From Octopus sinensis (lineage: Eukaryota): a stretch of 64,000 nt of DNA. The stretch lies in contig NC_043002.1 of assembly GCF_006345805.1 (NCBI RefSeq), positions 36,332,001 through 36,396,000 on the forward strand, in the 5' to 3' direction. The first letter of the stretch is position 1; each line of letters begins with the position of its first letter. A program made the translations under genes and the position numbers. Positions 26,900-38,463 of the stretch are shown here, one piece after another. The notes under the pieces were generated by a model. It was not told the origin of the DNA. It did not search any database and saw only the letters and a list, made by a program, of their open reading frames with translations.

Positions 26900-28258
26900 A
26901 CTTAGTAAATCAAGAATTTCTCAGCATTCCTGACATATCATCCATCCCTTTCTGTCATCCATGGCATTTTTAAACTCTTGGTTTGTGCATCCTGTGTCTT
27001 CTAGTAATTGGTTGATGTAGATTTTTGATAGTCTATGTCTTCCCTGTTTACCATGAGAAGATTGTCACAGAACTTCAACTATTAGCTTCTTCTTGTTACA
27101 TTAGCAGTGACCAATAGATCTCAGCCTTTATTTTTGTATTGTCCCTGAGATATATTGTCTTGGTATAGCTCTTTGTCAGTCATGTGGAGCATTCTAATGT
27201 ACATGTCATTTAGAGTTTTCTTCATAGGGGCTGTAAGTATCCATGTTATTTGAACCATAAGTTAAAATAGATTCAACTGCAACTCTGAGGAAGTCTATTT
27301 TAGTTCTTTGCTGAAGATCAAATTTCTATATCTTATCCAAAAAAAATGTTAAGCACTCCTCGTGCTTTACTGATTTTCATATTACACTTGGATTTGGAAA
27401 TATCACTGCTAAGGTATTTGTAATTCTCTACCTTTTTTAATTTCTTCTCTATTCAGAGAGTGCAAGCTTTCTGTTTTATCTTGATTGTAAGATCTATATG
27501 CTGTTTTTGCAGCACTAATAAATAGTCCACTTTCACTGGTATTTTTCTCCAGATCATATAAGAGGACATTGATCACTGATTATTACCAGAATGCCACTCG
27601 ATCTTTATCCACAATTTTCTTGGTAGGATATCTATTTTTCTCTATAAAAGAGTCAAACCCAGGTAATTTGTTTGAGTCCAGTATTTTCCTTAGTACATAG
27701 TTAAGGCATATGATGAAAAGGAATAATGCGACTGTCTCCATCTGCTGAATGAACTTTAGCTTTGATGTTCTGATATAACATTCGCAATTACTTTAAGAAT
27801 GCCATAAGGTAGCAATATCTCTCATTTCCCTCTACAAATTGAACGATAGGTTTTTGTGAAATCAATGATAAGTAGAACAGAGGGTATGTTTTCTTTCACA
27901 TCTTCAATGAGGGCAATATTGATCTTGTCTTTCCTGAAGAACTCAACATAAAGAAGGGTTCTTTCACCATCGATGAACTGCAAGGTACCCTTAAATCAAT
28001 CCAGTATGGTAAAGCATGCAGTCCGGATGGAATGTCTGTAGAGGTGTGGAAACTGGTAAAATTCAACAATGTGCTCTTGGAGGCCTGCAATGCTGTATAC
28101 CATCAAAGAGCAATAGTTAGCTGTAGAGAAGGTTGTATCATACCAGTGCTCAGAAAAGAGACTTAGGTTTTATGAAGAACTACCATGACATTACACTCGG
28201 CATTGCAGCTAATATTTACAACTTTATGCTACTGAAAAGAATCAGATCCAAGTTTGAA
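26900..28258. mobile_element. Decayed RTE-type LINE with inverted 5' segment
   Basis: Minus strand 27900 to 26900 covers RT domain 3 to the C-terminus (VLLIIDFTKTY...KVENYKYL...RGRHRLSKIYINQLLEDTG). Plus strand 27903-28258 covers RT domains 0-2 (GKACSPDGMSVEVWK...KNYHDITL...LLKRIR). Confidence 0.8.
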
Positions 28259-29442
28259 ATAAATCAATGATAGGTAATGACTTAGTTAAAGGAAAATGGG
28301 CAGCACTCTTCTCTTTTGGCAAGATATCAAATTTTAAAGCAGCATGAATTGATTCAGTATGTATTTTTTTAATAATTTTTTTCCTTATGATTTTGTTAGA
28401 GTTCATCTATCTGGTTTGTTTCTCGTAAGTGTCTAGGTTTATTAGTATTTTTCAAATAATTCCTGAGGGAATTATGACTAGCAAAAGTTTGTCAGAGATA
28501 TGCACCCTCTTACAGAGGCATCTATTCTTGAGCTACATACTGATTTGCAGTGTTTTCATAACCTATTATATCTCATTTGATTTGTTAGAATATTTAAATT
28601 TATAATTGCTCAAATGTAAGTTATTAATTATCAGTTTAAGAAAAGATGTAGTGTAGTCAAATAAAGCAGAGCTGTCCTCCCAATGCTGGTAGAAATGATG
28701 AAACACTTCACTATATGCTTTACAATATTTATTTCTGTCACAGTGGGTTCTGCATTTAAATTCAGCTGAGATTAATTTTGCCCTTTATCCTTTCATGGTT
28801 GCAACCAAATATATCTATTTCCTTCCTTGTATAAAACCAAGTATATCTCTCTCCTTCTTCGAAAATAATCAGTATTTTGCCAAGTCAAAGAAATCATTAT
28901 TTAAGAATTTACACATTTCTTAAATAACTGTCTAATATTGGGTGTAATGTATTCAAGGCTAAAATTGTTGGCAATTTTTGTAATCTTTTGTAAATTATAT
29001 TCGCAATAGATTTTATAGTAAATTTCCTCATCATATACACTATAGATGTGGTCAAGTAATTTTACTTGAATAATTCTATAAATATTGATGAATTCTTTGG
29101 TATTTGTTTTCTTTAATATCAGATGGCAGCTGAGATTTTATTGCAGTGTTTATTCAATGTTCTTGTTTAATAGCTCTGGCTTGATCTACATAAGTAGATC
29201 TGTGGTAGTCAATCACACACTTATGAATAGTGAGAGGTTCAGTACCCTACACATGTAGATATATGTAGCATGTAAAATTGGTTTGGACTTCAGTGTTCTA
29301 GCTGTGGCCATTTCATTAACACTTTAGTATGAATAGAAACCATATCTTAAAAACGGTAGTGTGTTGTGGGAGGAGTATATCAAGTGGGTGCAATGGAGCT
29401 CATTCACTAAATTGATTTATTTGAAAGAAGTTAATGTAAAAT

Positions 29443-29777
29443 ATCTTTTATCTTTTACTTGTTTCAGTCATTGGACTGTGACCATGAAGGGGCACTACCT
29501 TGAAAGGTTTAGTTGAACAAATTGACTGCAGTACTTATTTTTGTCACACTCTTTTGCCAAACTGTAAAGTTACTGGGACATAAACAAACACACACATATC
29601 ATTCATATATATATGCCACAAGTTTCTACACAGTTTCCACCTACCAAATTCCTTCACAAGGCATTGGACAACCCAGGGCTACAGTAGAAGACATTTGCCC
29701 AAGTTTCCACATAGTGAGACTGAACCAGAAACCATGATTGCAAAGTGTGTTTCTCAACCACATGGCTGTACATGCAC
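29443..29777 (-). mobile_element. tRNA-derived CORE-type SINE
   Basis: cttttacttgtttcagtcatt...gctacagtagaagacatttgcccaag...gactgaacc; homolog of 50785-51150. Confidence 0.8.
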
Positions 29778-30151
29778 TTATATTGTAAGCTTATCATTTT
29801 AAAGGTCTAAATTTTTTTAAATGTAAAGGAGAGTCTAGAACAATTAGCAACAAATTCTTTTCTCTCAGTTCTCTCTTTGTGTGATTCTTTGCATTTTAAT
29901 TCCTTGGTGAGAGGATTTAATTCATTAGAATTGTTATATGTGAAAATATAAACAACATGGCTACTGACAGCATCTGTAGGACATAATAAGTAATAACAAA
30001 ACTGTTAAAGTCTACACTATAACCATCCCTACTCTTCCTTTATACTTTAACAACAGTCTTTATGATTGCCTTAAATAATACCTTGCTATGGCTGTTGTGA
30101 TCCTTTTATTATTTCTTTCTCTACCCTTTAGTTGTCTTGTTGGTCTTTTAA

Positions 30152-30396
30152 CTCTTTAGCATTCAGCTTTCTCTATTGAATTTAATGCTTGTTTATTCAC
30201 ATTGTTTTGAATTAATCATGCATTTTCTCATAGCTTTGAGATTTCAATGATGTGATTGTTTAATTTTACAATGGACGCTAAATGATGATGATGATGATGA
30301 TGATGAAAGTAGGGTAGATTAAGAAACTGGACATGTTCAGTTTGAAGATAAAACAGATTATTTGGGCCAGATATGGGTGGTTTAAAAGCTACAGGG
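30152..30396. mobile_element. piggyBac-type MITE (TTAA TSD) interrupted by an RTE (GAT)n tail fragment
   Basis: ttaa|ctctttagcatt ... agctacaggg|ttaa; internal ggacgctaaat(gat)n at about 30273-30305. Confidence 0.7.
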
Positions 30397-32514
30397 TTAA
30401 TGCATTGTCATTGTTTCTTTAATAAGGATTTATTATCATTGTTATTATCATTGCATTTTAGAACTTATCTATATGAAACCGTTGTTTTATTAAACTGGCT
30501 GCTTGTTTCTTCTTTGCAAAAGAAATAGCTAAAAGAATAGGGAACAAAATAAAAAGTTAAATGACTACAGCTGAAATCTTTGCTTTGAAATATAATTTCA
30601 AACTTCATAAAAAATGTTGGTATAATTTTTATCTAAAATTATTACATTAGTGTTTTGGCTTAAATTGGTGGTAGAAAATTTCATGAAAATCTTGGAATAT
30701 AATGCCAGAAATCCAGTCCTCACAATCAATAAGATATTGTTTTTTTAAACTACTTTCAGAAAGCAATGTATACATACATCCTGAACAGTGTATATGTACA
30801 TCCTGAACAGGCTGTCTCTCTCTCTCTCTCTCTCTCGCACACACACACACATACATGCATGCGCACACACACAAAACTATCATATATGCATTGCATGTCT
30901 AATATTTCTCTAGAGATTTTACATAAACTTGCCTGGGATACTTTGAAAAAAAAATTTTTTTTTTCCAACATTTCATATATTTTTTTCACTTCAGTCTTAT
31001 TGTTAAGAATTCTTTGTTATTTATTTCAATCCATTCCTATTTGTTGTTATTAATTCCATGTTTGAGATGAAAGAAAAAGAAGTGTTGTGAGAATGTCTCT
31101 ATTGGAACAAATTGCCAATGTTACAAGAATGAAAAAAAAAAATCAATGTCATTCTAACTAGAGCCAATAAATATACTATTTTTAATGACTATTAGACTAA
31201 CATTGTTCATTTTCATTAATTTGCCAATTCATGACATATTAATATATCTATCTACTCATAAAATTAAAGCAGCATCATAATTCATTCGAGTCAAGATACT
31301 GTCAGTAGTTATAACTGAAATAATCAATTAAAAATGTAGGACAGCTGCATAATTTAACAATTTAACACGATAGTCACCATCATTGTATACTGATATAATC
31401 AAACTAGCATTTTCATCTTGGTTATTATTGTCATGCTTCAGTTATTGTACCATCCAATCTTCTTAAGATGCCTATCATATTTAGCAATGTTTTCAGAATT
31501 TCAAACTGAATTAGATATTTGTGGGTAGATTTCTCTCATTCCATTGTCTATATCTGGGATATTCTCTGTCCCATTGAGATATTGCATATAAGTGTTGATT
31601 ACCTTGTAGGCATATGCTCAACTTCCTAGGTCAGTCTTTCTACATGTAATTCTATGTCAGAGCGAGCAAGCAACATTGCAAGTAGGAGAATAACTGATAT
31701 GAACAATAGAATAAAAACAATCTGTGGATTTAATAAAGAGTTTAGTTCAAAATTCTGAGAATGTTACTGAATAAGACAGGCACTTGAAGAAGGCCAGAGA
31801 ATATGATAGTCAAAACAGACTACAACAACTAAGGAGAGAACATTAGGTCTGAATATGTTAGTGTATAATAATTATAATTCATTATCTCAGAAATTCAGAT
31901 AAAAAGATAGTCACAATCTATCAATATCTTGAGATGAATAAACTAAGGATTAGTTACATAAGTGAGATAAGGATTCAAATATGAGTCTGTATTTGACATT
32001 GAGTTTTTTATTACCACGAAAGGTTTCATTGATTAATTGAGCTAATAGAGGAGGTTTCTATGTGGTTAGTCATAGAGACTGGATAATGTTACCCTGGCTA
32101 TAAAAAAAGATAGAATGGTCAAGGCTAGAATGTCATTGATTACAGGTTTGCTCAATAAAGACTAACCTACAGTGAAACTTTATCAATACCAATTGGTCTA
32201 TATGATTGACTGAAATGTTATCTAGCTTTATATTCATAGGAGAAATCTAAAACATACATAACATTCTAAATTATTTTATTTTTTTAAGTTTATAATTTAT
32301 AAATTACTATTTCATATGCTTTTGTTAACTTTATGGCTTGCCTTTATAAATTAATCCCCTATTTCACCATCAAACTGACTATTCAGTTGCAAACCTTTTT
32401 AATTTCCTTACATTTCATTTAAGTCCGAACAGACTTATTGTCATACAGACAATGCATCATAATTTATGCAGTGAGCTAAATTTTTATACTGGCTCTGGTT
32501 TGTAATATTCTTTT

Positions 32515-32720
32515 CTACTCTAGGCAGAAGGCCTGAAATTTTGGGGGAGGGGGCCAGTCGATTAGCTTGTCCCCAGTATGCAACTGGTACTTAATTTATC
32601 AACTCCAAAAGGATGAAAGGCAAAGTCAACCTCAGTGGAATTTGAACTCAGGACGTAAAGACAGACAAAATACCACTAAGCATTTCGCCCAATGTGCTAA
32701 TGTTTCTGCCAGCTCGCCTG
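32515..32720 (-). mobile_element. Full-length Nin-type tRNA SINE
   Basis: Reverse strand gives ggcgagctggcagaaacattagcac...gagttcaaattcc...ctttcatcc...taagtaccag. Confidence 0.85.
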
Positions 32721-33049
32721 ATTTGTAATATTCCATATAATATTTCAGCCAGCCAACTTAAGATTTCAAAACATTGATACAAAATGATTGTGTACGTTAC
32801 TGTCTATTTGCCGTGACATTGTGTAAGCAAATGTTACCATCATGCAAGTGGCTTCCCTAATTTCCAATCTTCTGAAACATGTCTGGTCATGGAGAAATAA
32901 TACCTGATTTGGAAACAAGTGAAGGTTGGCAACAAGGACATCTAGCTGTGGAAAATCTGCCTCAACAAATTCCATCCTTTGTACATGTGAACATTAAGGA
33001 AATTGAACATTAAAATAATAATGATGATTAGCTAAGAGTCAACTTTTCT

Positions 33050-33280
33050 ACCTTTGCATTTGTTGATTGACAGAAAGCTTTTGACAAGTTGTCACTATCT
33101 GTAGTTTGTTGATCACTAAGAAAACTAGGAGTAGATAAATGACTTGTGAAAGCAGTGCAAGAAATGTATAGAGATACAGTCAGCGAAATGAGAGTTGATG
33201 ATGAGATCAGTGTGTAAGTAGGTGTCCATGAAGGTTCAGCTATCAGCATTCTTCTGCAATGGTCTGGAGAGATAAATCCT
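33050..33280 (+). mobile_element. RTE RT fragment
   Basis: LAFVD*QKAFDKL...SLRKLGVDK*LVKAVQEMY...VGVHEGSAIS (RT domains 3-4). Confidence 0.7.
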
Positions 33281-33309
33281 GGTTTGCTTACTCCATTTTC
33301 AAGAGAATT

Positions 33310-34227
33310 CTTGCCCAAATTTCTCTATCTTCAGGTGCTATAAATTCTTGCACGAAGATAAGTGATTTGAACATATCCTGAGTGAAATCCTGGAGTTTGA
33401 AATTTTCACACATCTAGTTGACTACTCCAGCATAGGTGATAAAATCCTCCTACTTATTTTTTGTTAAGTTCCAACATTCTGGTGTTGAATAATGAACTTG
33501 TATCACAAAAATGTTTTGAAAGCAGTTCTATGGTTTCTTGGAAGCCAATCTCACTTGACCTTTTGGGCAGAATAAAGTTAAAATAACACTCATGTTCCGC
33601 AGGAGCTACCTTGTGTAGTACAAGCCTTACTTTTTTGCTCCTCTGACCATGACTTGCACTCATTGTTAAAAATTTCCTTGTATCTTCTATAACACGTGGA
33701 AAATGTAATGCCCTCCTCCAGATTATACATAAATTCAGAAATTGCATTTGCCATGCTGTCTAGTGTAAATGAGCTTGCTGGATTTTCGGACTTTGCCGAC
33801 TGTAACTCAGTTAATTGTTGTTGTAGTATTTGTTTTTGCAACTCTTGTAGTTGTTCCTGTTGTTTCTCTTGAAGCTGTACTACTGCGGTTTTCCATGATG
33901 CAGAAATTGTCAATGTGAGTTTCAAACGATCCTCGTCACCAAATGTTATATCCTTATGGATAAACGAATACACTACAACAGTGTAATAACAATATAATTG
34001 AAACAAATAGCAGTAACCACACGGAACATAACGACAATCTTTTAAGAACCAACATTCCAACACGCTAACTCGAACTGTACTATCAACTCACAACACACTT
34101 TGAACTATCAACTCACGAACTGTGGAACGAGCACGAACTACCTAACTTACTCAGACCGCTACTATGTATTTGTAGGGGTCCAGTCCATTCTCGCCAGGAG
34201 GCATCGTACTGTCGCATAATACTTACA
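33310..34227 (-). mobile_element. Truncated Gypsy LTR retrotransposon: 5' LTR (33944-34227), PBS and gag start
   Basis: Minus strand TG...CA LTR, 2-nt spacer, PBS TGGTGACGAGGAT (33941-33929). Gag reads FMYNLEEGITFSTCYRRYKEIF and KVRLVLHKVAPAEHECYFNFILPK...SLFN, with frameshifts. Confidence 0.75.
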
Positions 34228-34924
34228 TCTCCTCCTCATATACTATGATTATTTCCCACTGTCCATCCCTGCTTTCTCCATCCTCCTCTTTAAACCCAGA
34301 TTCTCACTAGTCACTGCAATCTCCTTCCTCACTCCCTACTCATGCTTTCTTGGCAAAACCTGGCCACGTATATTTTGATCCTGCATCCTGAGGGCATGTC
34401 CTGGTAATTTCCACCATTTATCTCTCTCTTCCTTACTCTACCATCCCATCCCATCTATGCTCTGAACCTCATTCTTTGTGAATATATTCTGGCTCTTCAC
34501 CATCATCTCTCTCCTGCTTTCTTTTACATTCTTGCTGTTTCCCTCTTTCTCATTCCTTTGCTCTTCCCTCTGAATGGGTAACCATGTATTTCCTCTACAG
34601 CAGCAAACCAGTTTCTGCCCTCATTCTTGGTCACTTTCTTTCTCTCTCCTTCTCTTGCTTTTCTTTCTGGCTAGGTAACCAAGTCTCTCCTTTACAGCAG
34701 CACATCTATTTTTGTTCTCTTTCTTGTTACCTCTCTCTCCATCTCACTCACTCTCTTTTTCTTTCCCTCTCTCTCTTGGCTGGTTAACCATGTTCCTCCT
34801 CCATAACAAGGCACCTGTTTTTGCCTCTCTGTCTCTCTGTCACACTCAAATCTATCTTCATCTGACACAAGATCACCTCCTCCAATGTCCCCTCCCCTTT
34901 CAAACTTTTGTGTCTTGCAAGTTA

Positions 34925-35482
34925 CTTGGTGACCCTGTTGGTGCTGGTGCCATGTATAAAGTATCCAGTCCACACTGAAAAGTGGTTGGCATTTGGAAGG
35001 GCATCCAGCTGTAAAAACCATGCCAAGACTGACCTTGCCTGTGCTGGTGCCACGTAAAAAATACTCAGTCAAGTCAGCTGGGTGTTAGGAAGGGCAACGA
35101 ACCATAAAAACAATGCCAAAACAGATATGGTAGCCTGGTGTAGTCTTCTACCTGGCCATCAAACCATCCAACCCATGCCAGACATTAAATAATAATGATG
35201 ATGATGATATATAATGAACTTTTTCAGTTTCCTACTACTCAGCAGGCACTTACCTAAGGTGAATACAAAACCACACGGTTTGAAAATGCACACATCCAAT
35301 ACAGATTATATATATATATAACCACGGAGTGGTTGGCGTTAGGAAGGGCATCCAGTCGTAGAAGCACTGCCAGATCTGACTGGGCCTGATGAAGCCTTCC
35401 AGCTTCACAGATCCCAGTTGAACCGTCCAACCCATGCTAGCATGGAAAACGGATGCTAAATGATGATGATGATGATGATGAT
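34925..35482 (+). mobile_element. Two RTE 3' UTR copies (about 34925-35210 and 35315-35482)
   Basis: ggaagggcatccag...ccaacccatgc...(gat)n in both. Confidence 0.8.
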
Positions 35483-35519
35483 ATGTATCATGGTTGCACC
35501 ATTGAAGAAGAGGTCCCAG

Positions 35520-36400
35520 ACTGAACATGACTAACCATCCTTCAAGGCCTCAGTGGCTGAATGAACTACTGGTTGTAGACATCACCAAAGTTTGATCTCA
35601 ATAATGTTTGAACTAGATGGTAGGTCAATGCCAGATGGCACACTAAGAAGGTGCTGCTCAAGACTACAACCAATTTGGTAGCGGTCCATTGCAATTTTAT
35701 CATCAAACCATTTGGCATGTAACTCAGGGGCAGACAGTCGACTGACTGCCGACACCACAGATCTCCTCAAAAATTTTTGTGGATCATTTTGGGGGTTTTT
35801 TGGATTGCCCTCATGGTGTCACTCAGTTTTCTTTATTTTCAGAGCAGTTTTTCTCTCCTCCCATTTGGCAATTATTAATATAATTCACTGTGATTTGTCA
35901 ACATCAAATATCATCATATCCAGCAATAAATATTACAGATAAATGTTTGAGTTTGCTTCAGTTATTATTCATGTAAGCAACAATAACATCTATACACATA
36001 CATGGCAATTAAGTTAATAAAGCCATTCACTTCTGCATTGGCAATTCATACTTTTGAAGTATATCTTCGCTGACCAGTGACAAGCAAACCTACACAACAG
36101 TTTCACCAAAAGGATGAGCCAAGATTGGTTTGATGACAACAATTGAATCGTTCAATACATCATTAAAAACAAAATACTCAGATATCATTTGAACAAGACC
36201 CAAGGTCAAGACTTAAAAAGACTTGCTGTCAAAAGTTCAAACACTAAAGTCAAACCAAACTTAGAGAAATACTAAAACATTAGAAGTATCACAAAGCAAC
36301 AGAGCTTAAAATTTATGCAGATGCCCACAATCTCTGAAAGTTTCTAAGGAATGAAGTAAACGTTTCTCTACTGTTCAAAACACAAAGACCGAAAGATTTT
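35520..36400. mobile_element. Decayed RTE fragments (3' end on minus; APE-RT linker on plus)
   Basis: Plus strand near 36100-36390 resembles the RTE linker (...WFD...KATELKIYADAHN..F); heavily decayed. Confidence 0.4.
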
Positions 36401-36618
36401 TTTGCTTTAAGACATAAAGAAATTAAAAGTCAGGCCTGGAAATATCCACCTGAAGATGTCAGTTAATGAACAATAAATTTAAAACATTTTATTTAAATTT
36501 ATGGAATTTTTTTCAGTTTAGAAATCTTTAATAGGTTTCAGAAACTCAAGAAACTCTATGAATTGATTCATTCGAAAAATAAATAATAAAAAAAACAACA
36601 CACCAATGTACAAATATC

Positions 36619-36892
36619 GGTACTATTTAAGAAGAGTGGTCCCGGTGCGCGCACTCGCGTATCCGCACTAGCTAGTCTTGACTAGTCAATCCTATGACTA
36701 CCTAGCAAAGTAAATAAAACACAAAATAAATAATTTTTTTACACAAAGTAAATAAAACACAAAACACAGTAAATAAGTTTTTTAAACAAAGTAAATAAAA
36801 TACAAAAACACAAAGTGAGGATCGACTAGTAACGACTAGCTAGTGCGGATGCGCGAGTACGCGCACCGGGACCACTCTTCTTAAATAGTACC
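36619..36892. mobile_element. 274-bp MITE with 75-bp TIRs and perfect 8-bp TSD, Merlin-type termini
   Basis: TIRs 36619-36693 and 36818-36892 match at 70/75. TSD CAAATATC at 36611-36618 and 36893-36900. Terminus GGTAC fits the Merlin GGNRM consensus. Confidence 0.9.
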
Positions 36893-36900
36893 CAAATATC

Positions 36901-37138
36901 GGCGAGTGTAGAGCCTCCCATACAGATAGCCTTCGTTTGTCAATGGAACAGTATGAATGAGTGTTTCTCTGGCGAGGTTTCAAGTATATTCTTCCATAAT
37001 TATCTCCCCCTATATCTATATAAATCGTGTTGACACCCGTCCCACATGAACGCTTCCTGTTGGATTGGCGGTATTGAATGAAACGTCTTCGAAGTTTATG
37101 GAATTATGAACTTTGCTTAAAAAAATATACCTGTGCTT
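36901..37138 (+). promoter_or_regulatory. Putative PALB2 promoter / 5' UTR (CpG-retaining)
   Basis: CpG-rich relative to the gene bodies; TATATAAAT at 37017, ETS-like CTTCCTG at about 37053, reverse CCAAT at 37064; lies directly upstream of the first coding exon. Confidence 0.55.
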
Positions 37139-37153
37139 ATGGAGAAAGAAGAG
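37139..37153 (+). CDS. PALB2: PALB2 coding exon 1 (MEKEE)
   Basis: ATG GAG AAA GAA GAG|gtacgt, with in-frame TAA upstream at 37118; human exon 1 ends ...EEKEK in phase 0. Confidence 0.7.
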
Positions 37154-38463
37154 GTACGTCATTTCAGATAAGGAAATTCATTTTCAGAATTCTTCTCGTC
37201 TTTCATATTTTTTTTAAAGATTTGTAGGTTTTTCTTTACTTCTATAAAGTTTGTTTTTACCACTTGTTTCATTACGCACGTTGTCACAATATTGACTTTT
37301 AATAAAACTCGTGTATCATTGAAAAACTCTGACAGTTATTTTAATTTGTTAATTTTGTCAGTAGTTTCTACATAACTATTAATATAAATTCTTTTTTTTT
37401 TTTTCAATCATAGCATTTGGTAAATTGTAATAATTTAAAAATATCGTCTGGCTCTCAAATGTCTATAGTCTGCTTTTCAGTTTGTGAGAATAAACATAAA
37501 AATAATAAAAACGAAGAAAATGTAATTAGTGAAAAAGTAGATTAATTTTTTAAAATTTCAATTTAAAGGATAGGAAGTATTCCAGGAGACTTAATATTTA
37601 TATGCTCAAACATTTTTTTCTTTAATGTCAAACTTTTTAATTGATTTATTTACCCAACTTGCAAAAAAAAACCAACAAAAGAACAAAAAAAAAAAACATA
37701 CAGTCGAACTGGACCACGTTCATCTTACGAAGAATATGTAGAAATTCGAAATAGTCTTAATTGAACGAATCTTGTTGCATGGAATTTCTTCTGATATGCA
37801 TTAAGTAATTTTTGTGTATTTGTGGGTGGGTGAGTTAGAAAACACGAAAAAATATAAATAAATGAACGAACCCAAGTACATGCTTGTTAGAGTTTGTAAT
37901 GAGTTCGATAGACTTGTATTAACAGTTCTCAATAAGTTTTAGTTTTTAGGAATTTGTAGCTATGCATTATCAAAAAAAACTTTTTGCTTTGTTCTGAAAG
38001 GTTGCCTATAGTTATTTAAGTTTTAATTATTTGTATATAATAATAAGCAAGAGCGGAATTCTGCTTTACGCACGCCATATAGCCCCTCATAACTTGAAAA
38101 AAAAAAAATTAATTTTCAGAGCTCACACGACTATGAAGAATTATTAAAAAAACTTTTCGAAACTTAAAATAATTTTTTGGTTAGTTTTTTTGAATTTTTC
38201 TTTCTAAATCCTACAGTCCGACAGCAATAAATGTGTTTATGGTGAGAAAGATACTGTGAAACGTCAGTACGTCAGACTGACAAACGAGCTGAGTTTGAGA
38301 TGGTCGAGCGCTCAGACATGTTGAGTGTAAACTGTAGATGTGTAACCATAGGTCATCTTTGCTTGAAAAAAAATTATAATTAAGGGACTCACCCGTGACC
38401 ATTCTCTTCTCAAGGCAGAGTACACTTGTGGCCACATTATCTACATGCTTATCCACTTTAAGT

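Noticed and set aside
35520-36400. Second possible twin-priming inversion
   Set aside because: The whole RT domain is missing between the parts and both are too decayed to show they are one element.
37064-37078. CDE/CHR-like GGCGG-ta-TTGAA cell-cycle element
   Set aside because: Spacing and the CHR hexamer are non-canonical, and the motif is too short to support a call.
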